From: Eledone cirrhosa
Taxonomy: Eukaryota
Length of the DNA: 64,000 bases
Reading direction: 5' to 3'
Assembly (NCBI GenBank): GCA_964016885.1
Contig: OZ024741.1
Location: 181,288,001-181,352,000, forward strand
The position numbers were made by a program, and so were the translations under genes. Below, one piece after another: positions 12,164 to 26,176 of this stretch (position 1 is its first letter; each line of letters starts with the position of its first letter). The notes under the pieces were generated by a model. It did not search any database and was not told where the DNA came from. It saw nothing but the letters and a program-made list of their open reading frames with translations.

Positions 12164-15129
12164 TTCTTCTGGTTTTATAATTTCACAAATTTTTTCCCAA
12201 TAGAGAGTGAGAGTCGGTTTCTAACATAGACACAAGACTCTCAGTTGAATTTATACAACTTCAACTAGGTAGATTATGTATGCATGCATGTGTAGATATG
12301 GATGTTATTGTATGTGTGGATGTGGATGTTTTGAGTTGTATGTGTGCATGTGTATATGCTTTGTATCTGTACATGTGTATATGCAGTTATTAGATGCAAC
12401 ATCTTTTGAATGTTTTACATATTTTTACTGTTCCATTAATGGATTGTACTTGTAATTTCCTAACTAGTTGTGTTCTTTCTGTTCCTGTGAAGCCTAGCTT
12501 CTCAAGATTTGTATTGAGGCAGTTACTAACATATCCCAGTGCCCCAATAATCACAGGCATAAATCTGAAGGTGTAATCAGAGTGGAGTATCTGCAGATTT
12601 CTCATCAGTTCTGGATAAATATTCTCCTTTTCGCTAATCTTTGATATTATATTGGCATCTGCTGGGCAGCTAATTTCCACTACTGTGCATGTTTTCTTTT
12701 CCCTGTCCCATATCATAATATCTGGTCTGTTATGCCTGCATTTTATTGGGGCTTTTACTGGAACATTCCACCAGTACTCTTTCATATTATGTACATGGAT
12801 GTCTTCCACATTGTTGTAGCTTTTAATGTATTTATTATCGGGGCTATCTTTTTTACGAACTGCATTGTACAGTGTTTTGGCCACTACATCATGCCTCATA
12901 GGTAGATAGTACCGCGATGACATCTTTGAACAGCTGCTGATGACATGGGTGATATCCTCGATGTTAATTCTGCAGAGTCTGCACTTGTTATCACATCTAG
13001 TGTTTTGCCTGCACCCCTATCTCTTTTGTGAATCAGGTATTTCGTGCTAATCTCCTGTTCCTGGATTGCAAAAGCGTATCCTTCAAAGTGGGAGCCAATA
13101 TAGCGGTTGTTGGTCCAAGATAGACTACTTTCCTTATCTATATTACTCTCACTCTGGAGCTTCCTGGCAACATATCTATGCATGAATTTTTGCTGATAGG
13201 CATGCAGTTTTTCATCCATGGATTCACTGCGATACTGCTGAGCGACATCCCTGGGTGTGAGTTTTTGATTATCACACAGGGAATATCTCTCAAGGAGTTC
13301 CTTCCCAACTCTCATGATCTTATCTGTTTTATACAGATAGACTTGCTCGAGAAACAGGCTCCTACGCTTCGAGGTTCGTAGATGTTGTCGGAGAGATATG
13401 ATGCGACATTCAAATGTTGTCTGGACTGATGTTGTCATTCAAATGTTGTCTGCCTCCCTGCTTACGTTTCAAGTAAAGGCGGTCTATGTCACTGTTGATG
13501 TGGAAGTTTCCGGTGTTGTTCAGTATTTTTCGAGTTCCAACATCAACTGCTCGGATTTCGTCTATCGTCCAATTGAGTATTCCAAACGTTGGTGTTAGGA
13601 CAGGCACAGCAAACACATTGCGAGCCACTGTTTTGTTTTGCGCAGAGAGTTCCGATGACCAGATCTTTCTTAATTGGGTGTAGTATTCCCTGGTTACACG
13701 TTCTTTATTACAGATACCATTATAGGATATGTTCTCATCTATCCCCAGGTATCTGTAGCAGTCCTCATCAGATATCGGTGAAACAGTTAGACCATTGATG
13801 ACAATGTTGCTAGACTGGGTTGTTTTCTCCCGCTTTACAGTCATGTATGAGCATTTATCTTGGCCAAACTCCATTCCTATATCCTTTGAGAACGTTGTAA
13901 CCAGGTCAAGATTTTTCTTCATCCCATCCATGTTCTTGGCATAGAGTTTCAGATCGTCCACAAAGAAATTATGGGTTAGGTTCGTATTTCTGTCCTCCTG
14001 TGAGCCAATGATGTATCCCTCACATTTCTTGAGCAGAAAGGACAAGGGGTTTAATGACAAGATGAACAGTATCACAGAGAGACTGTCCCCCTGAAATATA
14101 CCCCTGCAATATTTTATTTCATCAGTGAAAATAGAGTCCTCCCTCTCTGTCTTTAACCTTAGGATAGTAGCCCAAGAAGAAGACAGCCTCTCTATGACTC
14201 TGACAATAATGTCTGGGACTTTAGCAAGTTGGAGGGCCTCAATAATCCAAGAGTGGGGAACAGAATCGAAAGCTTTCCTGTAGTCCAGCCAGACTGTAGT
14301 CATATTCCTACTAAGTTGTCGTACCTACGACATCGCAGTTTTGTTGATTAGGAGTTGTTCAGCACATCCCCAACCCCCCCTCTTTCCAGCTGCTTGTTCA
14401 TCTGTGATGATGTTATTATTTTCACAGTGATCTTGGAGGAATAGGTTCAGGCAGGCTGTATACATCTTATACATCAGGTTCTGGCATGCAATGAGTCGGT
14501 AGTTTTTTGCCAAGTGGGTGTCTTTGTTCTTGGGGACCAGTAACGTTTGTGCTAATGTCAACCATTCTGGTATAAGTGTATCTCCCTTAAGAACTTGTTG
14601 GTAGAGGTCAGTAAGATACCTCCGATAGAATATTAGTTTTTTGTACCAGCAGCCGACAATCATGTCTCTTCCTGGTGTTTTCTTATCTTGGAGTTTTCCT
14701 ATCACAGTCTCAAGGATACCCTCACTTATTTCGTATGTTTTTGTTGTAGTGTAGGACCAATAGTTCTTTCGGATTTCTCTTAGCCACACTGCATCTTGGT
14801 TGAAATTCTTCTTTTCACCCCATATTTTTCTTCAAAAGGAATCTATGTCTTTCTGGGATGGGGCCTCAGTGACACTTATTATTTTGCCCTTCATATCTCT
14901 ATAGACTGATGTTTGGTTTCGTCTGAATCTTTTATTAAGCACTTTTCTCTCATCTACCTTCTTCAGGTATCGGTGTTTTTCGCTAACAGCTCTCAATTCT
15001 TGTTTGAGGGTGATCAGCTTATATTGGAGAGTTCTGGTTCTACTGTTACCAAACATCGTCTCTATTTTATTTTTCACTCTTTGTTGGTGAGGAGTGAGGT
15101 TTTTTTGTGTTTGTTTGCATGTAAGGAGC
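12164..15129 (-). mobile_element. 5'-truncated R4/Dong-like non-LTR retrotransposon (RT + CCHC + restriction-like endonuclease), frameshifted
   Basis: RT motifs WLDYRKAFDSVPH, RGIFQGDSLS, FFVDDLK, YRYLG. Zinc knuckle CRLC..EDITHVISSC. RLE motifs RHD, NRPDIMIWD, VVEISCP. Both ends abut (TATG)n. Confidence 0.9.
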
Positions 15130-15244
15130 ATGTATGTATGTATGTATGTATGTATGTATGTATGTATGTATGTATGTATGTATGTATGTATGTAGGTATG
15201 TATGTATGTATGTATGTATGTATGTATGTATGTATGTATGTATG

Positions 15245-15870
15245 TTCTTCTGGTTTTATAATTTCACAAAGTTTTACCAATAGAGAGAGAGTCGGTTTCT
15301 AACATAGATACAAGACTCTCTCATTGGAATTTACACAACATCAACTAAGTAGATATGTATGTATGTCTGCATGCATGTGTAGATCTGGATGTTATTGTAT
15401 GTGTGGATGTGTATGTTTTGAGTTGTATGTGTGCATGTGTATATGCTTTGTATCTGTACATGTGTATATGCAGTTATTAGATGCAACATTTTTGGAATGT
15501 TTTACATATTTTTACTGTTCCATTAATGGATTGTACTTGCAATTTCCTAACTAGTTGTGTTCTTTCTGTTCCTGTGAAGCCTAGCTTCTCAAGATTTGTA
15601 TTGAGGCAGTTACTAACATATCCCAGTGCCCCAATAATCACAGGCATAAATCTGAAGGTGTAATCAGGGTGGAGTATCTGCAGATTTCTCATCAGTTCTG
15701 CATAAATATTCTCCTTTTCACTAATCTTTGATATTATATTGGCATCTGCTGGGCAGCTAATTTCCACTACTGTGCATGTTTTCTTCTCCCTGTCCCATAT
15801 CATAATATCTGGTCTGTTATGCCTGCATTTTATTGGGGTTTTTACTGGAACATTCCACCAGTACTTTTTC

Positions 15871-15874
<4 letters not shown>
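15245..15874 (-). mobile_element. Second, near-identical 5'-truncated R4-like copy (RLE domain + 3' UTR)
   Basis: ORF 15477-15872 is nearly identical to 12390-12790. (TATG)n on both flanks. Confidence 0.92.
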
Positions 15875-15901
<27 letters not shown>

Positions 15902-15960
15902 TGTATGTATGTATGTATGTATGTATGTATGTATGTATGTATGTATGTATGTATGTATGT

Positions 15961-16563
15961 CAGGTCACCAGTTGGTGCTACTGGTAACATGTATCCCAGT
16001 ACAACCTGTCCCATGGTCGGGTCATTGGCGACTAAACTGGCAACCCCACCAAGGTTTCTTGGTGAGGAGGGTGACTTTGGATATCCTGCAGGAATAAAAA
16101 CAAAACCTGTCAAAGGGCAAAGGAGCTCTTAAGAGTCAATGGCCATCCAAAATCACCGGGAGAGATGACCCCTTAGCCTTTGTCAAGGCAGAATTCTAGG
16201 AGAAGGAAAACTCTGATATAACACCTGCAACTCTGATGGTATCCAATGATGTTGACTTGTTCTTCTTTTTGGTAAATATCATCTTGGTTAAGAGAGTGGG
16301 ACTGGCTTTGTGCAGTGACTTTGCTCACTATAAAAGCTTCACAGCACAGGCATTGCTTTGTATCTGGAGATCTCTCTGCACTTGTCGTCGCATGGTGCCA
16401 TGAGCCTAGCACTGTGTCAATAATTGTCACAAGTGTAGTGTTTGTACCAGGGTTTTCAAGTCGCTGACTGGACTAAAGTGACATTCGTTCAGTGCATCGG
16501 TAGGAGTTCTCCTACATGGATATAAAGTAGTGGCCGTACTCGAAAACGAGTTGGCAGCCACCA
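15961..16563 (+). mobile_element. Non-autonomous, internally deleted RTE-type element (~600 bp)
   Basis: Structured 5' end. C2H2 remnant HKCSVCTRVFKSLTGLK*H at ~16428-16485. The 3' hairpin GTGGCCGTACTCGAAAACGAGTTGGCAGCCAC resembles the RTE 3' end at 32284-32325(-). Confidence 0.7.
15963..16040 (+). ncRNA. Candidate HDV-like ribozyme at element 5' end (decayed)
   Basis: P1 GGTC/GGTC (wobbles), J1/2 hairpin ACCAGT/ACTGGT, P2 CCAGT/ACTGG, L3 with CC pairing to GG (P1.1), J4/2 CTAA. P3 (ACA/CAT) pairs only if CpG decay from ACG/CGT is assumed. Confidence 0.45.
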
Positions 16564-16664
16564 TGTATGTATGTATGTATGTATATGTGTATGTATGTAT
16601 GTATATATGCGTATGTATTTATGTATGTATGTATGTATGCATGTATGTATGTATGTATATATAT

Positions 16665-17078
16665 AACCTGTCAAAGGAGCTCTTAAGAGCCAATGGCCAT
16701 CCAAAATCACCGGGAGAGATGACCCCTTAGCCTTTGTCAGGGCAGAATTCTAGGAGAAGGAAAACTCTGATATAACACCTGCAACCCTGATGGTATCCAA
16801 TGATGTTGACTTGTTCTTCTTTTTGGTAAATATCATCTTGGTTAAGAGAGTGGGACTGGCTTTGTGCAGTGCCTTTGCTCACTATAAAAGCTTCACGGCA
16901 CAGGCATTGCTTTATATCTGGAGATCTCTTTGCTCTTGTTGTTACATGGTACCAGCACTATGTGTCAATAATTGTCACAAGTGTAGTGTTTGTACCAGAG
17001 TTTACAAGTTGCTGGCTGGGGTTCTCCTACATGGATATAAAGTAGTGGCCGTACTCGAAAACGAGTTGGCAGCCACCA
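16665..17078 (+). mobile_element. 5'-truncated second copy of the non-autonomous RTE element
   Basis: Highly similar to ~16105-16563. Ends in the same hairpin followed by (TATG)n. Confidence 0.8.
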
Positions 17079-17084
17079 TGTATG

Positions 17085-17115
<31 letters not shown>

Positions 17116-18372
17116 TGTATGCATGTTTGCATGTATGTATGTATGTATGTATGTATGTATGTATGTATGTATGTATGTATGTATGTATACATGCATGCAT
17201 GTATGTATGTATGTATGTATGTATGTATGTATGTATGTATGTATGTATGTATGTATGTATACATGCATGCATGTATGTATGTATTTAAGTAGCTACATAT
17301 ATGTGTGAGTATGGTAGCTACCCACGTGGTGTATAAATGTTTAAAAAAGAACATTTATAAAGTATGGGACAAAAATATAAAATAGAATCAATTGGACAAA
17401 AGCAATACAGAATATGAATACAACGAAAACATATATTTTGGATTACCAGTTTACCAGTTTTTCTTATGGAATAAAAAAACCTTTACGTTATTGAATACAT
17501 CTTAGCTTGAAGACAAAGAAAGGAAAATGTCAAATATAATAATGGCTGTTGGTTTAGACATCAGGTCTGAGAACAACGATATAGTTATTCACAAACACAT
17601 TGCTAAATAGCTATAGAGACCGATACAGTCTACTTCAAATGTCAGACGAGGAAAAATATGTTGAAATGAACACAGTGATGTACTTATTTTATCTGTTTCC
17701 GACTCATGACCTGCCTATCTGTCAATCAATCTCTTTCTACCCCTCTCTCTTTCTGTCTCTGTCTCTCACTCTCTCTCCTTCTCTCTCTCACTCTCTCACT
17801 CCCAGACTCTAGCTATTGACCAGTTAATTTTCTTGATTTTTTAGTTGATTCTATTGACTGATGAATAGCTTATGTTAATTTTAACCCTTCTGTTGAGAAC
17901 TCTATTCGATTTGTGATGTTTTTGCATTCTTGCAAAAATATACACAAATGAATTTATTCGCCTGATATAGGGGCTGCCTCCCTTGCCGATCCCCACGTGG
18001 AGTCAGCAATAGTCAGTCCTTGTATTAACATTGAACTAAAACCTGTTGAGAAAGTGGCTTCCTTGTTCAATCATCTTACCAGAAGCCTGACATTATTTAT
18101 GTAAGCGGACGGTACTTGATTTAGGAGCCGCAGAAACCCAAATACTGGATTTTACCAACCTTCCAGGGGTCCGGGTAAATTTTCAATACCCGAATTACTT
18201 GATCGTTTTTTTGGCTATGCGAATGATTGTTTGACCATCGTCTCAGTGTGTTTGGCGTTTAACGTTTGTTATAGCTCTGGTTCATCTGAACCATTGAGCA
18301 CTTGCCTCACATCTCGGAGGTTGTTTTTCGTTATTTCGTGGGCCGAAATGCGAATCTCGATAATTTATGTTT

Positions 18373-20161
<1,789 letters not shown>

Positions 20162-20189
20162 ACCCCCTCTCTCTCTCTATATATATGTC

Positions 20190-20628
20190 TAAGGTGCATA
20201 TGCATCAGCATTTGTTAACCTCGGTCTTCCTCTTCCAGTGTGTCCATGCAGAGGCTCCCACAGGAGCACTGAATGCAGTGTCAACTCTGGATGTCGGTGA
20301 ACATGTCTAACTAACCTCAGTCTCCTCTGCGCTACTCTTGAGCTGATTTTTGGGAGCAAAGATTGGGAATGCAGAAGATGATGTGGTCGAGAGGAAGAGC
20401 AAAGCCTAGGTGACGTGCCACAGTTTGAGATCGGTGTGGAAGTCAGACCTTCGTAAAGAGCTGAAGATCCGTCTCTTCGTTGCTGTAGTGGAGTCTGTGC
20501 TGCTGTACGGATCTGAGACTTGGACACTGACCAAGAAACTCATTCAGATGGTGGATGGGTGCTACACGAGAATGCTGAGGATGACTCTGTACATTAATCA
20601 GTATACACTGAGGATAAAAAACTCAGAG

Positions 20629-20631
<3 letters not shown>
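20190..20631. mobile_element. RTE-type fragment with internal inversion
   Basis: Plus 20377-20631 encodes [26 protein letters not shown]. Minus 20371-20192 encodes LPKISSRVAQRRLRL..LLWEP..RGRP. Confidence 0.8.
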
Positions 20632-20708
<77 letters not shown>

Positions 20709-20713
20709 ACGTG

Positions 20714-20745
<32 letters not shown>

Positions 20746-20799
20746 TATATATATATATATATATGTATACGTGTGTGTATATATATATATATATATAAA

Positions 20800-22057
20800 A
20801 TTTCAGGTTATCAATAATGTAGTGATAATATATCGTTACGTTAGAGATGAACAGCGTACGTGCAGGTTTGCTCAACGAGTGTAAATTATATTTCGGAGAA
20901 ATGTAGAAAGGATGAATATAAAATGAAAGTGCTTTTGTTAAAAAAGGAATCTATTAGGTATTGACATATGTTTCTGTAACAGACCGAATACCTATGTATC
21001 GCTGCTTGCGTAATCATATAATGTTAGCAAGTATTCGATAGCAAATGTATAATCAGTTGTCACTTCTTCAGAGATTTTGGATAAACTGGATAAAATCAGA
21101 AAAATTGAAGTATTTATATTAGTAAAAGAGGAAGGAACAGAGGGGATAGTATATGACAGATGGTAAAATAATTTACTGCTAAACAAGTATATAATGGGTT
21201 TTTAATGAGAATACCATGAGTAAATCTAAATAAGAATTTTGGGAGTGCGAATTTTAATCTCTACTTGACCAACTGGACAGTGGACAGGGCTGGTCATTTG
21301 GTGCAGTAGTATTAATTATAAAGTGTCAATTGGGGAAGGGGGAGATTTCGATTGCTACTAAATAACATCAATGCTAGTAGCCAGCTGGTATATGCATTAG
21401 GGAATTGAATCAAGAAATCAGAAATCTCATTTTATCTATAGCAGTTTGTATTAAAAGGTAAATAATAGAAGAGTTGATAGAATTAAGACTAATAAAGAAT
21501 GTTCATATCTATTTTGACAATCAAACGGGGATAGAGACAGGCGTTCAATCCTGGTAGTATTTATAATATGAAAATGTAGATTTTAAGCGATGGTTACAGT
21601 ATAACGATCGCTCTATTCTGTTATTTAATAAAATGTTTTTGGATTTCATAATACAAAATAATTCTACATTACATAATTTACAAAATTCCTGTCCATGGGA
21701 ATATGGGGGGGGGGGGGGGGGCAGCCGCTATTATATCCCATTTTAGGTGAAATTGTTGGTTATTTTCACGCAGCTGCCAAGCCTTGTCTGCGAGTGTTGT
21801 TACATAACGCTGGTTTTCATGTTTTATCGAATAACGATGTCTATAAAGGCGTGATTTGAAGGAGGTGGCTGTAGATCCCACATAGTACCACTTCTGTCTA
21901 TCCGATTCGATAGTACATTTGTATACGATGTTGCGTTCAAGACACTGATTGTTCAACGGACACATTCCTGGTTGGACACAGTTGCAATTATAATTGTAAT
22001 ATGTCAATACCTAATAGATTCCTTTTTTAACAAAAGCACTTTCATTTTATATTCATC

Positions 22058-22063
<6 letters not shown>
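20800..22063 (-). mobile_element. 5'-truncated Penelope-like element (GIY-YIG endonuclease ~21560-21990) with inverted terminal copy
   Basis: CNC..CPLNNQCLERNIVYKC..YYVGST..FKSRLYRH, then CKLC..E..LLN..CNH. Inverted repeat 20905-20969 / 21999-22063. Confidence 0.85.
20955..21078 (-). ncRNA. Hammerhead ribozyme motif with extended stem II
   Basis: CTGAAGA-A-GTGACA...TGTTAC-A-GAAA-CATATG-TC. Palindromic stem III; stem I imperfect. Confidence 0.55.
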
Positions 22064-22102
<39 letters not shown>

Positions 22103-22251
22103 AAAGAAATAGGATTTCGCTTCAAGCATAGCTTTATACAATATGTATAAATATTTCGTATCTTCAAAATAATACGGTTTTAGGAAACCGTAGCTATGCA
22201 AACACCGGGGTGTAACGCCCTCTGGTGATGTCCAGCAGAAGCAAGGGGGAC

Positions 22252-22296
22252 AACGATCTATGCATTTCAGGCTTAACTGGCCTTCGTCAGGACGAT
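22252..22296 (-). ncRNA. Minimal type I hammerhead ribozyme
   Basis: ATCGTC-CTGACGA-AGGC-CAGTTAA-GCCT-GAAA-TGCA-TA-GATCGT. Confidence 0.75.
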
Positions 22297-22666
22297 GCCT
22301 CCCACCGCTTGCGACTGCTGGACTAGAAGACAGCCGAGAATATATAGTTTTCTCGTCTGTGTAAATGAGGTGATTAATCTTATTTGCATATGAAGCTGCA
22401 TAACTTGGCTCAACTTATAATAGAAAAGAAATAAGATTTCGCTTCAAGCATAGATTTATAAAATATGTATAAATATTTCGTATCTTCAAAGAAAAACTTC
22501 AAAATAAAGCTATGCTTGAAGCGAAATCCTATTTCTTTTTCATTATAAGTTGAGCCAAGTTATGCAGCTTCATATGCAAATGAGATTAATCACCTCATTT
22601 ACACAGACGAGAAAACTATATATTTTCGGCTGTCTTCTAGTCCAGCAGTCGCAAGCGGTGGGAGGG

Positions 22667-22710
22667 ACCGTCCTGACGAAGGTCAGTTAAGCCGGAAATG
22701 CATAGACGGT
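22667..22710 (+). ncRNA. Minimal type I hammerhead ribozyme
   Basis: ACCGTC-CTGACGA-AGGT-CAGTTAA-GCCG-GAAA-TGCA-TA-GACGGT, with a perfect 6-bp stem I. Confidence 0.75.
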
Positions 22711-23098
22711 TGTCCCCCTTGCTTCTGCTGGACACCACCAGAAGACGTTATCCTCCCGGTGTTTGCATAGCTACGGCTTCCTAAAACCGTATTTCTTTGA
22801 AGATACGAAATATTTATACACACACACATATATATAAACGGAAAAAATGAAACGAAATTTCATTTCTCACTCTTAGTACGGCTGTTACTTAAATATAAGT
22901 ATGTATACGTACATACATATATGTATACAGACGTACAGTAGTATGTATATATATATACATACATGCACACATATATATACGTATGGATTCACCGAACATT
23001 TATTATAATGCACGGTGTGTTTGTAAACAAACATCCCGAATTAAGCCGTACAGTGTCTAGCAACGATCGTTGCTCATTTGTTCAACCCTGACAAAGGA

Positions 23099-23141
23099 AC
23101 GCTGTACTACTTTCAAGCTTATTAGCTATCGTCAGCAACGT
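23099..23141 (-). ncRNA. Minimal type I hammerhead ribozyme (mirror copy)
   Basis: Reverse complement of 23583-23625. Confidence 0.7.
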
Positions 23142-23582
23142 ATACCTTCCTGCCAGATGATTGAACGTCTGAAAGTATAAACTTTCCTTATGCACATTAA
23201 CGGCTGAGCAGCCTAATTTGCATATCGAGTGAGTTAATCGGCCGGGGTACCGAAAACGATAAACGGAAAAAATGAAACGAAATTTCATTTCTCACTCTTA
23301 GTACGGCTGTTACTTAAATATAAGTATGTATACGTACATACATATATGTATACAGACGTACAGTATACATATATACATATATGTATGTACGTATACATAC
23401 TTATATTTAAGTAACAGCTGTACTAAGAGTGAGAAATGAAATTTCGTTTCACTTTTTCCGTTTATCGTTTTCGGTACCCCGGCCGATTAACTCACTCGAT
23501 ATGCAAATTAGGCTGCTCAGCCGTTAATGTGCATAAGGAAAGTTTATACTTTCAGACGTTCAATCATCTGGCAGGAAGGTAT

Positions 23583-23625
23583 ACGTTGCTGACGATAGCT
23601 AATAAGCTTGAAAGTAGTACAGCGT
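23583..23625 (+). ncRNA. Minimal type I hammerhead ribozyme
   Basis: ACGTTG-CTGACGA-T-AGCT-AATA-AGCT-T-GAAA-GTAG-TA-CAGCGT. Confidence 0.7.
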
Positions 23626-23838
23626 TCCTTTGTCAGGGTTGAACAAATGAGCAACGATCGTTGCTAGACACTGTACGGCTTAATTCGGGATGTTTGTTTA
23701 CAAACACACCGAGCATTATAATAAATGTTCGGTGAATCCATACGTACATATATATATATGTGTGCATGTATGTATATATATATATATATATACATACTAC
23801 TGTACGTCTGTATACATATATGTATGTACGTATACATA

Positions 23839-23912
<74 letters not shown>

Positions 23913-23916
<4 letters not shown>

Positions 23917-24792
23917 GCATTTGAAGTTTTTTCCAAATTGAAGGATGAGTATTTTAAAATTTATTTTATCATGAGTTAAGGCTCTATTGATTTTTCCCTG
24001 GATTTCACTAAATTCTGTTGGATGAATCTATATCCTGATTCTTGTTGAGTTGAGTTTGAATTATTTTTCCAACATCTTACGTTAACTATTTTTCCCATTT
24101 ATATATTATGGAATACTGTTGGCTTTTTGCTACAATATTTTCTATACCTTTCATTTATATATTTATACTCGGATTTCTTCCCTAGAGTGCTTAAATTATT
24201 TGTGACAAATCCCGGTATTTTTTTATAAAAAAAACCGCGATAATATTGCTTTTTGCTGAACTCCTTATTGTAGAGTTTTTTTCGGAATGTGTTTGACTGT
24301 TGTTTCTTGTAAACAAACATTCGTCTCATTCTGACGTCACCAGCCCTGTCTTTCCACATGTGCGTTTTATTTTTCATAATCACGCATGATGGTGAACTAG
24401 CCTGCTTTTAATTCCCTTTTTGGCATATTAATCAGTGAGAAATTTTGGTTATCGAGTTGAGCTCTGCTGAGGATCGAATTCCAACCGTGACCATCTCCAC
24501 TGAAAGTTTTCGTGAAATAGTCTTCAAGACTATACAGAGCATTTGAATTTTTTTACCAAATTGAAGGATGAGTATTTTAAACTTTATTTTATCATGAGTT
24601 AAGGCTCTATTGATTTTTCCCTGGTTTTCACTAAATTCTGTTGGATGAATCTATATCCTGATTCTTGTTGAGTTGAGTTTGAATTATTTTTCCCACATCT
24701 TACGTTAACTATTTTTCCCATTTTGACGCTATACTCACTTATATATTATGGAATACTGTTGGCTTTTTGCTACAATATTTTCTATACCTTTC

Positions 24793-24797
<5 letters not shown>
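23913..24797 (+). mobile_element. ORF-less HHR element, partial tandem (monomer ~622 bp), (TA)n on both sides
   Basis: Direct repeat 23913-24160 / 24535-24797. Confidence 0.82.
24461..24540 (+). ncRNA. Type I hammerhead ribozyme
   Basis: GCTCTG-CTGAGGA-T-CGAA...TTCG-T-GAAA-TAGTCTT-C-AAGACTA-TA-CAGAGC. Perfect stem I, near-palindromic stem III. Confidence 0.82.
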
Positions 24798-24891
<94 letters not shown>

Positions 24892-24933
24892 AATGATATT
24901 AATAAATGGAAACTATATTTATAAAACCATATT

Positions 24934-24994
24934 TATTCTATTATATATATTTCAAGGGTACCAAAACTTTGGTACGCTCTCATCAGATAAAATA
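24934..24994 (-). ncRNA. Hammerhead ribozyme in pseudo-LTR (family B)
   Basis: TATTTTAT-CTGATGA-GAGCGTACCAA-AGTT-TTGGTACCCTT-GAAA-TATATA-TA-ATAGAATA. Confidence 0.82.
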
Positions 24995-26176
24995 CAAAGT
25001 TTGTTTTATAAATATTGACATATCCTGGAACGAGATCTTAACAGTCCAAGTTTTACCTGGATAGTAAAAGGAAAAAGCGGAAGAAAGGAAAAAACAAATA
25101 TTTCAAATTATTAAGATGAATATACAAATAAGGTTGAGGTATAGGGCTGAAAACAACGTTATTTTTAGACGGTAGGTAGATTTAAATAATTATTAGGATA
25201 TATATATATGTATGTATAAGAAGAAGAAAGAGCGAGAAAGAAAAGCTTGTATTTACGTGAATTTAAAAATATTGAAACGTTAAGAATTAAGAGTTTGTTG
25301 GATTGGTGGAATATGATTCCAGAATTAAAAAAAATATTTAGCTAAATTATGAGTTATAATATTATATATAAGAATTATGGTTGTAAGTACATTTTATCTT
25401 ATTATATTGCAACAGGTTGTAAGTATATAAATATCTATATAGATTAATAAGTGTATAAATATAAGTATTATTGGTGATTATATAGATATAACAAACATAC
25501 TTATTAATTTGTTTACATTTCTAATATGAGTTACGAAGGATGTTGATTTTACATTTTACATATATATTTAAGAAAAAGACGTAGTTCAAATTATAAGAGA
25601 ACAACAATTTGTAGATTCAAATATTTTCATCCAACATTGAAAATATTTACAGAACATTATTAATTTAGCGAAATTACATAATTTTAGCGAAATTACATAA
25701 TTTTAAATATACAAGTTATTATGTCTATGTTTGCTCGATTGTAAAGGAAAAGATAACTCCAATATTGTTTGTTAAACTATTAGATTTGATGAATAATTTT
25801 CTTAGAAAAAGCGGAAAGTATGTAGAGAAAATTATATATTATTTTGTGTGAGATTATAAGGTATTTTATATTACATGTTTTCAAGGATGAGAATTTCAAT
25901 TATATATTATCTACGTCGAAAGATGTGTGAAAAGTTTGAAGATTAAGGAGAGGAAAAATGTATTATTAGATCAAGAGTGCATTTAGAAGAACTCTCGTAA
26001 CGAGGATATCTTTCAGAATATCAATTAAAAAGTATCAATCTAAAAAATATATATAAATCTAAAACTAAAAAATAGATTAAGAAGAGTATCATTAGGAAAA
26101 GAATATCAATTGGTAAAAATACTAAATTTAAGAAAGATCATTGAAAACATTTAAATAAAAAAAAAATCTCAGTAAA

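Larger units (their letters stand above)
22102..22820. mobile_element. ORF-less HHR element (monomer ~322 bp) arranged as head-to-head fold-back
   Basis: Direct repeat 22102-22168 / 22424-22490. Right arm 22505-22820 is a diverged reverse complement of the left arm. Confidence 0.8.
22834..23841. mobile_element. ORF-less HHR element (monomer ~425 bp) forming a ~1-kb palindrome centred at ~23362
   Basis: Direct repeat 22836.. / 23261.. (period 425). Arms are near-identical. Another fragment lies at ~33655-33810. Confidence 0.82.

Noticed and set aside
23082-23642. Two near-identical 68-aa ORFs on opposite strands
   Set aside because: By-product of the palindrome; no coding signature.
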